The notes beneath the pieces were generated by a model. That model worked only from the letters and a program-made list of their open reading frames with translations, had not been told where the DNA came from and ran no database searches. The position numbers were made by a program, and so were the translations under genes. DNA of 64,000 bases from assembly GCA_002633005.1 (NCBI GenBank), contig NMRA01000474.1, positions 1 to 64,000 of the forward strand, written 5' to 3'. The stretch comes from Phoronis australis. Taxonomy: Eukaryota > Animalia > Phoronida. Shown here in pieces: positions 1 to 11,200 of this stretch (its first letter is position 1; each line of letters starts with the position of its first letter).

Positions 1-1362
1 CGATCAGGTGACTCGCGACTTGAAAGAGAGGCTGCAGGCGAGCGAGCAGCGCGTGCACGAGTTTGAGATAGTGGCTGACCAGATGACCAGGGATAGCCAG
101 ATGCGTGTGGGAGACATGGATGTAAGGATTTGTTTTCTCACTTTTCAGTCAGAGCACAATGTATTCAAATAGAGCGGGGTTGCATGCCTGATCCAACATG
201 GCAAAACTTTTCAATTATTTTATTGTTGCTACGCAGATTACATGGATTTCAATGAAACGTTCTGTGTCCGCAAAAATTTGCCGTCTCAAATTATAGAAAT
301 CTGCTGTTTAGTAATGCCACTTTACAACAGATGATCCACTTTTAGATCTCATTAACATGTGCCCTTTACCCCTGTGTCATATGCAAAATAGTTTCATTCA
401 ATATTCCCTGTCATTGAGACACTCGGTGCAAAGGTCAAGGGTTCATGAATTAAACATGGCGCTACAATGTCAGGACCGTCATAAAATATATAAGATTATT
501 GATTAATGTTACAGATGAACTGTGTCCATTGATTGATTTAAAGCTGATGTTGACATCCTCTGTACAGTATTTCCCTACAGTTTTGAGGTGCAGAATTGAG
601 GCCAATATGTTTTCCACCTGTTTTTCATCCATGTTAAATGCTTGTTTACAGACAGGTTGTGTGTCAAAGTCCTCCATGAAAGTACACTCGTTCACTGAGA
701 TTGGTCACGACTAAAGCATGGGCAATATTTGAGAGTTAATTCACACTAAATCGACTGCCAATTCAAAATCATGTGTGTGTTAAGAATCATTGTGCTGGGT
801 TTCGGGTCAGTAGTAATTACAATGCCCTTATCTTTATGAGGGGAACAGAGACACCGGTTAATATCAAAATAATTGCTTTGCTTTCATTTCAGAAACTTGA
901 AGGTATGATAAGAAGTAAGGATGAAGAAAATAAGGTGAGTTTTGGGGAGGTTACTTGATCACTGTCCGTTACGCTTGTTGAGTCCATGACAACATGTTGA
1001 GCTAAAACAATAATTATATCAACTGCAGACTTGTTTTCGTGGTGAATGAATTATATCTCTTTAATCTCTTTGTAAGGTTTACTATTTTATTTTTAGTATA
1101 TTCGTCTATTATATTATGTTTTTCCCACGTTATTTTGACCATTTTCCAGGAACTTCAGTCTGAGCTGGAGACTGCCCAGAAGGAGCTGGACGGTGAGAAG
1201 ACCAACGGTGTCAAGTATCAGAAGACCATCCAGGGCCTGCTGATGGCCGTGCAAGATGTCAAGAAACAGAAGGAAGAGTTGGCCGCGCAGGTCGCGACCT
1301 TTGAACTTGAGCTGGAGAAGTCACAACAGCAGGCTCATCAAGCGCAGATGGGCAACCACAAG
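1..1362 (+). CDS. CDK5RAP2: Displaced duplicate of exons 8-10 (<1-121, 893-934, 1150-1362), probable haplotig
   Basis: 1..~1500 aligns with 27290..~28800; exons near-identical, introns differ by scattered SNPs and indels; contig ends at the n at 2232. Confidence 0.8.
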
Positions 1363-1452
1363 GTAAGTAGTCTCGGAGGAGGGTGTTGTTCTTGGATTGT
1401 TCATAGGGCTTGTGGCGCTAGACTTGCTCAAGTTTTCACATTTTTCTATTTG

Positions 1453-1528
1453 CCAGTCAAAATAGCCAATGTATGACAATTGTCGCTACTCCAGTCAAAA
1501 TAGCCAATGTATGACAATTGTCGCTACT
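1453..1528. repeat. 38-bp tandem duplication
   Basis: CCAGTCAAAATAGCCAATGTATGACAATTGTCGCTACT x2. Confidence 0.9.
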
Positions 1529-2231
1529 CAATGACCGTCGCCATCGGCTCTCCTCTGCGGGCCATCTAGACGATGGTCATTGTCTAGTGTTAATGTAGGC
1601 AATGACCATCGCCTCTGTTGGCCCAAAGCAGAGGCGATGTAGAGGCTATAGGCGCTCTGTACGCCGGAAGATTTTCGGCGAATTATGCCTCGCACCGACT
1701 AAACCATCAAAGTCACGTTGTTATAAATACCTTTTGCGCATAGATGAACACCTTAGGAGGTTGTCGATGTGTTTAAGTCCTTACAACTCCAACAAATACT
1801 CCCGTTATGAAACTTTTTCTTCGATCAGTCCTTATTTCAGTGCCCAAAATCGTGAAATCAAAATTTTCATTTTTTTAACCAGGCCGAAGGTCAGAAATTG
1901 CGATCCTACCGGCGAACTTTGAAAGCTGAAGTTCCCGACGTTTGCGTACGTGCTGCCGGGAACCAGCCGTGCATTTGCCGTGTTGTTAAACATTAAAATG
2001 TCAAATATGTACACAAAGACTATTAAATGCTATATCAAAAGCATTTATTTTTATCAAATACAAACAATAATTCATTGAAATACAAACAGTTTCAAGTAAC
2101 GCCAATTAATGACAAGTATAAAGTGGTGCATTTTGGAAACGAACATTTGACAGATGTATGAAAACCTCTTTCAAACACAACTCTGTGTTACGGTTTTACG
2201 TGGGTTTATTCTAGAGATCTACAAGATACAT
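1529..2231. mobile_element. Left part of an insertion absent from the other copies of intron 10
   Basis: Starts CAATGACCGTCG with a local inverted copy (1571-1582) and another copy at 1600; truncated by the n at 2232. Confidence 0.45.
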
Positions 2232-2646
2232 NAGATTGCGTTGTGCATGCCTCTAAAACGGACAATTTTGGTACTCTTTTACTGACTCAAAACCTCGACT
2301 GATCTGCCCTGACTGGTCAGTTTTCACTTTAACGTACTGTGTCTAGATGACTGCGTAAGTTGTCTTGAGATATCAGTCCAAATAGGCGGTAATAGAGAAA
2401 GGTCTCATTAAACTCTGAGTTAGGGAGCGCTCAACGTACTTTCAGCTTAAGCACACTTAAAACAAACTTTGCAACTGCACTTTCATTTATTTTGCCTGTC
2501 CTCATGCAATTTACATTCAATATTTGTGCACAGCAGAGACGCGATGGTTGCAAACATACACGGATATGCAGCGTATTTTATGATAAAAAGCGCTAAAGGT
2601 GTTTAAAAGGCGCTCAAGATTGAGCTTATAATTCAGTCCGTAACCA

Positions 2647-4863
2647 TCAGTCGTAGAATCTGGCATAGGTGTTCTCGTCTTCACAAGCACTGCAACACAT
2701 CAAATGCCGCCACCGTGAGGCGAAACTTTGTGCCTGAAAAGAGGAAGTGTTGCGGTCCTTGACCTCGTGACGGCTTCGTCTGAATCGTGATTTCAAACGC
2801 TTGAAAAGTCCTTCGCGTTTTACAAGGCTTGATTTATCCGTAAAATCACCGATGCTGCTGTAAGTGTCCTCTGAGTCAGAAGAAACGTCATCAAGAGGCA
2901 CGTCCACAAACGTGTTGACGTCGTCTGAACGAATGTCCTCAATGACGTGTGACGTGTTGCTAATTTGCAATCTTGTTTTACTTTTCCCGTAGTATTCAGT
3001 GTTCACTGAGTCATTCCCAGCAGCAAAACAAAAATCATTCTGAGGCAACATTGCAAAAGGAGACGATCTGTCGTCCACTAAGTGAGCATCCTCAACCTCC
3101 AATGGTTCGTTCTTCTTTGTAATATTAATCTCATCTTTCTTGATTATGGAGTTTTCAATATTCTTTGGAAAATGCCATGTTGCAAACGAAATGTGATTGT
3201 GAGGCCATGTGGTGACACTGGAAGGCTTAACGTCGTCCAGTCGCATATCTTCACGGATCTTGGGTAGATCACTGCTCTGAAATTTCATTTTGTACTTCTC
3301 ACAAGTTTCAGATATGTATTCGTTCTCTAAAAGATTTACAGTGTGAGAAGAAATGTTGAAGCTGTGCAGATTTACATTTTCTGGGTATATACCTTCGACG
3401 CTGTGTGATTTGCTGCACAGAGTCTCAGATGCGGAGCGTCGTGTGTCCTGTGTAAAAGATTCCCCAATCGCAGAGGAAACTGTAGGGTCAGTCGAATCAT
3501 TGAAATCAGACAATGCGATGTCTTTTAAGTGGCCACATCCAACGGATTTACTTTCGGATTTCAGGACTTTCTCCTTACTATCAGCATTGTCAGCGAACTC
3601 AGCAACAGTACCTGGCGAGTGAGTGACGTCCTGCTGAAAAATTTCAACACCGTCTGGCTTGTTTCTGCCTTCCACTTTATTGACTTCTCTCTCTCCAGTA
3701 TCAATCATACACGTAGAGCTAAGACGGATGCTTTCAATAGAAAAAAAAGTTGCACCGTAAGGCAACCCGTGGATAGCACAGGGTTCGTCGTCTTCCGCAG
3801 GAATATACTCAATGTTTCGTATTTCGAAACTTTCGCCCTCGAGTGTAATAGGAATTTGACTTGCCAGTATTTCTGACGGTTGGGTGCCTTCCTGTCTAAC
3901 ATCGTCAACGTCGCCTGTTTCGTTCCTGCCATCCAATTTCACTACTTCTCTACCTCTGTCATCAGGGTCACCAATAGTATCTTTGTCTACAACTGGTAGA
4001 CTTGTCTTCTCGTGCATGTTGTTCTTGACCTTCTCATCTTTCTTTGCGGAAATGTGGTACACTTCCTCCGAGACTGTAGACTCAGCTGACTCAGTCATAT
4101 CTGACTGTGTTCCGTCTTCGAAGTGGTCACTTTCAACAAATTTGCTTTCGGATTTCAGGACTTTCTCCATACCATCAGCATCATAAGGGAAACAAGCGAT
4201 ACCTGACGGTTGCACGACTTCCTGTCGAACATCGCCAACGTCAATTGGTTTGCTTCTACCATCCAATTTAGGGATTTCTCCCCCTTCATCATTAGAGTTG
4301 CCAGCTGGCTCTTTTGTTAAATTTGGCTGGTCCATATGTTGTTGGTTATTAGTCTCCCACATCCCATCTTTCTTTGTGGAAATGGGGTACAGTTCCTCGG
4401 AAACTGTAGACACTTCCTCCGAAGTGTTTCTTTCATATTCAGGGTCTTCTTTGTAGATGCTTGTCGAGTTTCCAATTTTGCACTCGACTTCACACTCGGT
4501 GACATCCCAGCCGAGGCCCGTTGATTTGCGGACAGTGTTTGCCTTTTTGCGGCGTGATGCTATCTCAAGAAGACAGCACAAATCTGTTACACACCTGACA
4601 TAAGATTTCATTAATCTAGTGTCAACTTCTGCTTTCTGAACACTTTTGGAAGCGTCAGATGCGTCTCCCGACCATTTGTCGTTCACTGCCGTGGTTTCAG
4701 AAGCGTCTTTGTTGCCAAACGACACAATGCGCAGGAATTTCCTCGTGGCAGAGTAAACTTTCTCTGTAGTGCTCAGCACAATTTGCGAAATCGAGTCTAT
4801 AAACCATGATATCGTAACTATTATAAAGTCCCAAATGACTCTGTGAGCCATTACCGGGTTCAT
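2647..4863 (-). CDS. Intronless orphan protein, about 738 aa, acidic, with internal degenerate repeats
   Basis: 2.2-kb open frame; AAAATG start at 4863; AATAAA (plus-strand tttatt 2486-2491) about 155 nt after the stop; no family recognised. Confidence 0.7.
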   Translation of the reverse strand: MNPVMAHRVIWDFIIVTISWFIDSISQIVLSTTEKVYSATRKFLRIVSFGNKDASETTAVNDKWSGDASDASKSVQKAEVDTRLMKSYVRCVTDLCCLLEIASRRKKANTVRKSTGLGWDVTECEVECKIGNSTSIYKEDPEYERNTSEEVSTVSEELYPISTKKDGMWETNNQQHMDQPNLTKEPAGNSNDEGGEIPKLDGRSKPIDVGDVRQEVVQPSGIACFPYDADGMEKVLKSESKFVESDHFEDGTQSDMTESAESTVSEEVYHISAKKDEKVKNNMHEKTSLPVVDKDTIGDPDDRGREVVKLDGRNETGDVDDVRQEGTQPSEILASQIPITLEGESFEIRNIEYIPAEDDEPCAIHGLPYGATFFSIESIRLSSTCMIDTGEREVNKVEGRNKPDGVEIFQQDVTHSPGTVAEFADNADSKEKVLKSESKSVGCGHLKDIALSDFNDSTDPTVSSAIGESFTQDTRRSASETLCSKSHSVEGIYPENVNLHSFNISSHTVNLLENEYISETCEKYKMKFQSSDLPKIREDMRLDDVKPSSVTTWPHNHISFATWHFPKNIENSIIKKDEINITKKNEPLEVEDAHLVDDRSSPFAMLPQNDFCFAAGNDSVNTEYYGKSKTRLQISNTSHVIEDIRSDDVNTFVDVPLDDVSSDSEDTYSSIGDFTDKSSLVKREGLFKRLKSRFRRSRHEVKDRNTSSFQAQSFASRWRHLMCCSACEDENTYARFYD

Positions 4864-4886
4864 TTTACAAAATTTGCAAAGTGAAT

Positions 4887-4925
4887 ACGTCACGAATTGT
4901 TCGACGTCACCAATCGTACACGTCA
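4887..4925 (-). promoter_or_regulatory. Putative promoter of the orphan ORF: three TGACGT (CRE/ATF-like) sites plus a CCAAT box
   Basis: ACGTCA at 4887, 4904 and 4920 and CCAAT at 4910, all within about 60 nt upstream of the ATG. Confidence 0.45.
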
Positions 4926-4944
4926 AATGCCAACTACTGGTAAC

Positions 4945-5117
4945 TGACCTATCGCCAAGATTTTGATTGTCGGCTTAACTGACCATTTAGAACGCAGCAT
5001 TATTGACACACCTTCGTTTCCAAGTCGCCATTTTACTCGACAAACAACACGTTGCCGGGTAAAAGTTATTGTTTGTTGGCTGACATTACGCAAGGGGGCG
5101 GAGCTTGCGATAGGTCA
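4945..5117. repeat. Dispersed repeat, second copy at about 42319-42492
   Basis: Shared GACC..CAGCATT..GACACACC..GCCATTTTAC..GACAAACAA..GACATTACGCAAGGGGG..GGAGCTTGCGAT. Confidence 0.85.
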
Positions 5118-5788
5118 CTGAGACTCACTACAAAGCAAGTACGCCTACAGGTGTATTTTCGGAAAATTTTAAAAAAGTACAACCATGCACGAATTTTCGG
5201 TAACTGTTAGCATGTCTTGAAAATCTGCCGGACTCGTTCTATAATGCGTATGTACTATGTTTCGAAGTAAAGCTTTATTTTGGCGAGACATTATATTTTG
5301 GGGTCTCAATTTCGCTCAATCACTTATCATGTAACGAAGTATTTGTTGATTTTGGTGGTAACTAAGATTGTGAAGAACAATCTTAGCAAACTGTCTTCGC
5401 CAAATGCGAAATAAGTATAAAAGAATAACATTCTTACCAATGAGATACAATTACATACATTAAAACGATGTGTTTCTTTAAAAAATCACTAATGTTTATT
5501 TATTTAATAAAACTTCATAAAATGTTGACAGTTTCGGAAAATAATCTCCTCCCCTTTCCGAAGATACGCCCGAGTCGGTATAATCGGTTTCATTTGACGT
5601 TTTCCCATGGGCCTGTTTTCGTACGCAGTCTGACCATTTTGTTGCGACAGGGTCAGTTTCTTATTGCAATTCATTTGAATAAACATGAATTGGTTGAAAG
5701 GGTGGCGATTTGTCTGGTGTTATGGGCACGTGTGAGAGTGCAAACCACAGTAACAACATTGCATCCTGGTAACATTTTAGACAGTCTG

Positions 5789-5952
5789 CAGGGGCGGATA
5801 CAGGATTTTGAGGTGGGGGGAGGAGGAGCAGGGCAGAATATTAGCCAAGGTGTTGCCCGTAAGACAGTCGCACTCCCGAACTGCCAAATGGAATCTGGGA
5901 GAATTTTAAGGGGGGCCATGGCCCCCTTAGCCCCGCTCTAAATCCGCCACTG
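5789..5952. mobile_element. MITE, TIR CAG(G/T)GGCGGAT, 5-bp TSD GTCTG
   Basis: GTCTG|CAGGGGCGGAT...ATCCGCCACTG|GTCTG. Confidence 0.8.
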
Positions 5953-6083
5953 GTCTGACATGTCCATAGCTTTCGTGGAGTCGTAAATACTTTGTACGTG
6001 GATTTGCGTTCACTCAAATACAGCTAGATGTTTTTGCATCTTTAATAGGGTTTTCGTTTGCGTTTTAACCTGTAAAACTGTTG

Positions 6084-6428
6084 CAGGGATTTTCCGTAGA
6101 TAAGCCCAAGGGGATGAATTTGGAAAATGAACATTTTCAGGCGTTTTAGAAACACTAAACAAACGCCCGGACATTTTTCGGAAACAGAGTATTTTAAACG
6201 GAGTCATAGTTTTGCTAACTTTAGCATAATTTACTTAAAACAGTGTTTTTAAACTTTTTGTTAATAAATGCACAGTTCGTCAACGCCTTGTTCTTTTTTA
6301 CTAGTGATAAATGCTCCACAAACCAATTTGTGACAAAAAGTTGACGCTGAGTGGGATTTTAAGGGGAAATTTCCGAATAAACGCCCGTGGGCGTTTCATC
6401 GGATGAGCTTATCTACGCAAAATCCACG
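6084..6428. mobile_element. MITE-like element with roughly 30-bp imperfect TIRs
   Basis: GGATTTTCCGTAGATAAGCCCA..GATGAA versus the reverse complement of the right end GGATTTTGCGTAGATAAGCTCA..GATGAA. Confidence 0.6.
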
Positions 6429-8176
6429 AGAATTTATAAAGAAATAACAAATCACTAAGAGAGGGTTATACGTGGGATTCAGGTTATGTACGCGATCATG
6501 GGGAGTTTGTGATAGAAGACTTACCAACTTTCCATCTGTAGCCATTCCACGAGAAAATCAAATGAAGTCAAAATATCGATCTAGGCGTCATATTTCGGAT
6601 TCAGCTTGAACTTCGAGTGTGTGATCATTGTGTGACAGGGGATCAGATAAATCTGGAGGTATTCTTTTTAGTGTTGAAAGTGGGTGTCACTCAAGTGCTT
6701 GATGGATATGTTCATATATAGATCTTGGATGTGTGAAAAAAAATTGTGAAATCTCTCAAATGGGCTTTTTTGTTCTGAAAATGTCCCACCACTTATAAAC
6801 GAATGTTGTTTATAACTTTATTACATTTAAAATGGTTTCAATAATGTTGTCTGCTATACCTTTTCACCAATTCACCCACAGAACGTTCAGTTGCCAGTAC
6901 TCAATATGGTTAACGTCTATAGAAACAGTTTTAAGTCAAGCACGTTTTTAATGAAAATTTTCTGATCTGTGCACTATTTAAAGACGGTATATACCTTATT
7001 TATAAGCGATTCTTCTGACGGTTCGAGACTACAGGAAACGGGCCAACCGAAAATTATTGTTGGGCTCTGTAGAAAAATAATCTATATCACTGGAAAGATG
7101 TCGTTGTCTGCAATATAAAAATGAACAAAATATTAAAACTGCACAGTGCCTTTGAAAGATATCACAGTTTCTTGTGTCAAAATTTGACTCACTTTTTGAT
7201 CGGGTTGGCCACATTGGTCGACAGTTGCACTAGGCTACGAGCTTAAAAGTTTTCTAAATATTTTTTTACAAATAATTATTCTATAGTAAAATTCAGTGAC
7301 ACTCATCTTTATCAACAATCCGTGCCACTCAAGAGTTTTCACCAGGATTTAATGGTGCAGATGTTACTTATTGAGTGCTCACTATGAATGTTAGACATTT
7401 CACCGGGGCCGGGCACCGGCAACATGATGACTTTCGGTGACCGGAAAAATATGTACAACCTGCACTCGTGGGTGAAGATTTAACTAGGATACATTTGTAT
7501 ACATGCTGCTGCAAAAGAAAGCAGCTCTGTACAGATTTCCTGTGTTTGTGCTTTAATTGGTTCAATCCTTACATTATTTTATGTTTTTCAATTTCATACT
7601 TAGATAAATGGAATCCTCAACTGACTCGAAAGTTTGAAATCCATACGTCCAACCTTTCAAGAGATGACATATTTATTTCTTACGGGAGTGTGACAACAAG
7701 TGACAAAATCAGTTTTCGGTGGAATTGATAAGCGATGTAGAAATGACAAGACTCCACCTCCTCGACGTCCCCCTCCCCTCNATAAAGGGTCACTTAGTTG
7801 TGAAGATGTGAAAATAATTATTTCAGCTTTTTCTCAAAAAATGTTTTAATCAAGATAGGCACTCTCTCACAGGAAGTGTCGGAGGTGCGCGTCCAAAATA
7901 CACTCTATCACAGTGCTAAACTTTGCAGTATATGTGGCGCTGTGTCAGAGGGTACGTCCAAAAACGTTGCGGTTTTTTTCACTGAGTCTTATATTAATGA
8001 ACTTTTACAAGGGATGAAACCTACTTCTAGTTCTCCCTCGCAAATCACTCCTCTAGGTCTATGGATTTTTTCACCTCAGTATCACTGACCTAGGGCCGTA
8101 TGGATACGAGTCCAGCCGTTCAGAAAAGCGACACTGTACAGTTTCGCCCTCTTGTGGCCTTTACACGTAGGACTAT

Positions 8177-8216
8177 TGCGCATGCGTATTGTTTTACGAA
8201 GATGGCGGAAATTTAA
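8177..8216 (+). promoter_or_regulatory. Housekeeping-type promoter/5'UTR: NRF1 (TGCGCATGCG) and YY1 (AAGATGGCGG) motifs; uORF MAEI*
   Basis: Motifs at 8177-8186 and 8199-8208, just upstream of ATG 8231. Confidence 0.6.
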
Positions 8217-8230
8217 AACAGAAAACACAG

Positions 8231-8283
8231 ATGGATTCTGTAGTGGAGGATTTTCCTACTCTGCCCGTAGATTTCGATGCAAG
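8231..8283 (+). CDS. CDK5RAP2: Exon 1 (start): MDSVVEDFPTLPVDFDA
   Basis: ATG downstream of NRF1/YY1 motifs; strong donor AAG|GTAAGT; phase 2 joins 19330 in frame; resembles the vertebrate CDK5RAP2 N-terminus (recalled, not searched). Confidence 0.75.
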
Positions 8284-11200
8284 GTAAGTCTTTTTATTCT
8301 TCAAATCTTGGTAAATGTGCTTGATGTAGAAAAACAGCCACTGTAGTCAGATTCAAAGTACGAACCCTTCTATAGTAATAGCCGAGATTACCCGAAAACC
8401 GGGAATCGAACCAGCGAGCTCGAGAAAACCGGCGATCGTTCTAACCATTCTGGTAACAGGCATTTGCCCATTAGCCAGTACGTTCATATGTTTCAGCGGA
8501 AACACATCTATAACATTACCCCCCTTCCAATGGAGCAGGCGCGCCACTAGGAAAGTGAACAGCCTCCCATTCTGGAGTTCAGTAACGCTAGGACCTTGCT
8601 AGAAAGCGAGATATTGCCGTGTATTTTAAATGAGATCACGTGACTTTGGCTAGATTCTAGCTAGGTCCTAGTGTAGGTCCTAGCGTTACTGAACGCATGC
8701 CAAGTTGTCTCGCATACACATTGTCAACTTGCCGTGGCAACCTTTACCAACGGGTGAACAAACACAAGGTTGTCTCTCAGTCTCATACAGCCAGGTCCTC
8801 GTCTCTTGGAACTTTTACCATCACCATAACCATGCGTGCTGTACGAGGTCCGCGGGTACTAGTTAGCATTGGAAGTCTTGTTACATTGTGTCTCAAGAGG
8901 AGAGTAACACCTAGTAATTTTTTCATCTCTATTCAAAGGTGTCGAACTTGAATTTACAGATGGAATACTTTACATTCGCTACAAACTTTGTTAAATCCTT
9001 AAATTCAGAGAAATTCTTTAGATAAAGAGCACTTTTGTCTCCTAATAAATTGGGAGAATTCACACGATGGGATCATTTGTCGTATCAGCATCTGGTCATT
9101 TGTCGTATCAGCATCTGGGTCAACATATGTATCTGGAAAGTGTATCAGTTTTTAAAATAATCCTTGTAATTTGTTAAGCTCTAAGACAACATGACTAAAT
9201 GCTTAGACTGGAAATGTTGATCCGTAATGGAAGACAGAGATGACACTGGCTATCTGAGATGTCAGAATTTCTCACCCAAAATGTGAACGTTGTGTCCTTT
9301 TGTTGTGAACGATCTGCCAGCAGTTTTTCACGGGTTATGCGTCATACATCTATATGATGATTCAGCCAAAAAAGCTCCTTATAAGGCAAGGATCCCAATT
9401 TCAATTGGCTGGTGACACAAGAAATGCACCAAAAGCAGTCAATATGATTGGTCTGAATGTGAAAGCAACTACCAATAAGATTTGTGGAAAGTGTTTCCAT
9501 TCAAGGTTTCTTGATGTTACTAACACTGCTACTGGGTCTGAGTAGTGTCACAGTGTGCAGTCGTGGTCAGTGTATAAACCACTGTGATTGGGTGACCAAT
9601 GGGACCTCAGAGGTCATTTGCTGACTTGGTAAAAATCTCAAGTCGCCACGCAAACATTTGAGCACACACTCAAAATAGAAATGAGACGAAATTCGGAATC
9701 ACTCGCCAAAAATCGGTAGGATCCATTATGAGTCATGCGCAGATAATGCATGCTGATCACGTGCAGGTTGCCTTGAAACAAGTTGCCTTTTTCTCTCTGC
9801 TGTGACGTCAAAGCCTTCATATGATCATGTGGGCGCATTACGTCATCATCCCTGTCCATCCGTCTGTCAGGTGTCCGCAGCTCTATCTCCAAAACCCTTT
9901 GATTCAGGTTCATGAAATTTTGCACATGTGTTCCTTTCATGGATGGGACAGCATTAGCGAACATTTGGACAGATCCGACTACTAGTATGTCCACTTGTGT
10001 CAATTTTGGTTTTTTTACGTTTACCTCTGGGCAATTCCTTGAAAAGGTCAACCTCGACACAAAAAATTAAAATTGTGGCTACACCAACATATTTGTCTGT
10101 CCTATAACTTTCAATTTTTTGCTTAAATGGACCCATTTTTGGGGTCACTTGACCCTAAAAAATTAGATCGATTTTCATGTGTGTTGCTAATTATTGTCAT
10201 AACAAGCTAATTATGGGGTTTTCACTATACTATCAATTTTGTGTACTCACATGAACCCTAAACTTTATAAAAAATAACATTTCAACTTTGGCACATCAAT
10301 GACCTCTTGTGGCCAAAGGTCAACTCCTGGATATCACGGTGTCGTACGTCTATCACAAAAAAGTGTTCAAAAGTTTAATTACGCTAAAAGTTTTTAATCA
10401 AAATTATAATAATTTCAGATTCTCTTTTAACTTGTTACTCATTACTATTGACCAAAATTATTTGTTTAGTAAGAAATTGTGTGACAGACGTACAGCAAAT
10501 TTGTACGTCCGTCACGTACGTCCGTCACACCCATGAAATTGCATTTTTTCAGCCAATAAAAATAACCTTAGGTCATATTTTTGCTTTCTAAACTTGCATG
10601 ATAAAATGTGTCTCACATCTAAGAACCTTAAAACCACAAAATATTACAAAGGCATCTTTAAAATTAAGTGAAGAAGTTGTTACAGATTTTAACTAAATGC
10701 GTTGATTTTTTTCAATTTCATTTAAAGTACTTGCAGAAAAGTTATAGTTTACAATGTCATCTAGTTATTCTTAGTAGAATTCAACTTATACAAATCAAAC
10801 AGTTGTACCACTTTATAAAAATGTAAATAAAACAAAATGTTAATTTAATGAACTTACTGTTTTTCTGTTGGTACCCCGTGTTAGTACAGAAATGCTTAGC
10901 TTTTGGGAAATTCAGGATGCAGAAATATTCATGCAAAAGAACTTCTAAGGTGCTCTAGAGTAAAGCAAATAACAAGAGACCTAAAGGAACACATGTCAAC
11001 TTGCTATTGCACTGGAATCAACATGTTATTTCTGCTTCGACTGCTATGTTGTGTTTGTGTTGAAAAAGTCAATACCGTGAATTTTCAAGCGGTAAGAATC
11101 TGTCACCTACTTTATTGAGCATTTTTGTCACACCCTCACTGACTACGCAATTTTTTGTGTGTTTTTCAGTGTATTGGGTCATTGGGTGGCTTGTATGAAA

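Noticed and set aside
4864-4926. ORF-track N-terminal extension of the 759-aa ORF
   Set aside because: Starts at a non-ATG (TTG) codon and overlaps promoter-like motifs; the first ATG is at 4863
9250-9545. Cys-containing remnant (NKICGKC) suggesting a transposase C-terminus
   Set aside because: Too short and degenerate to assign
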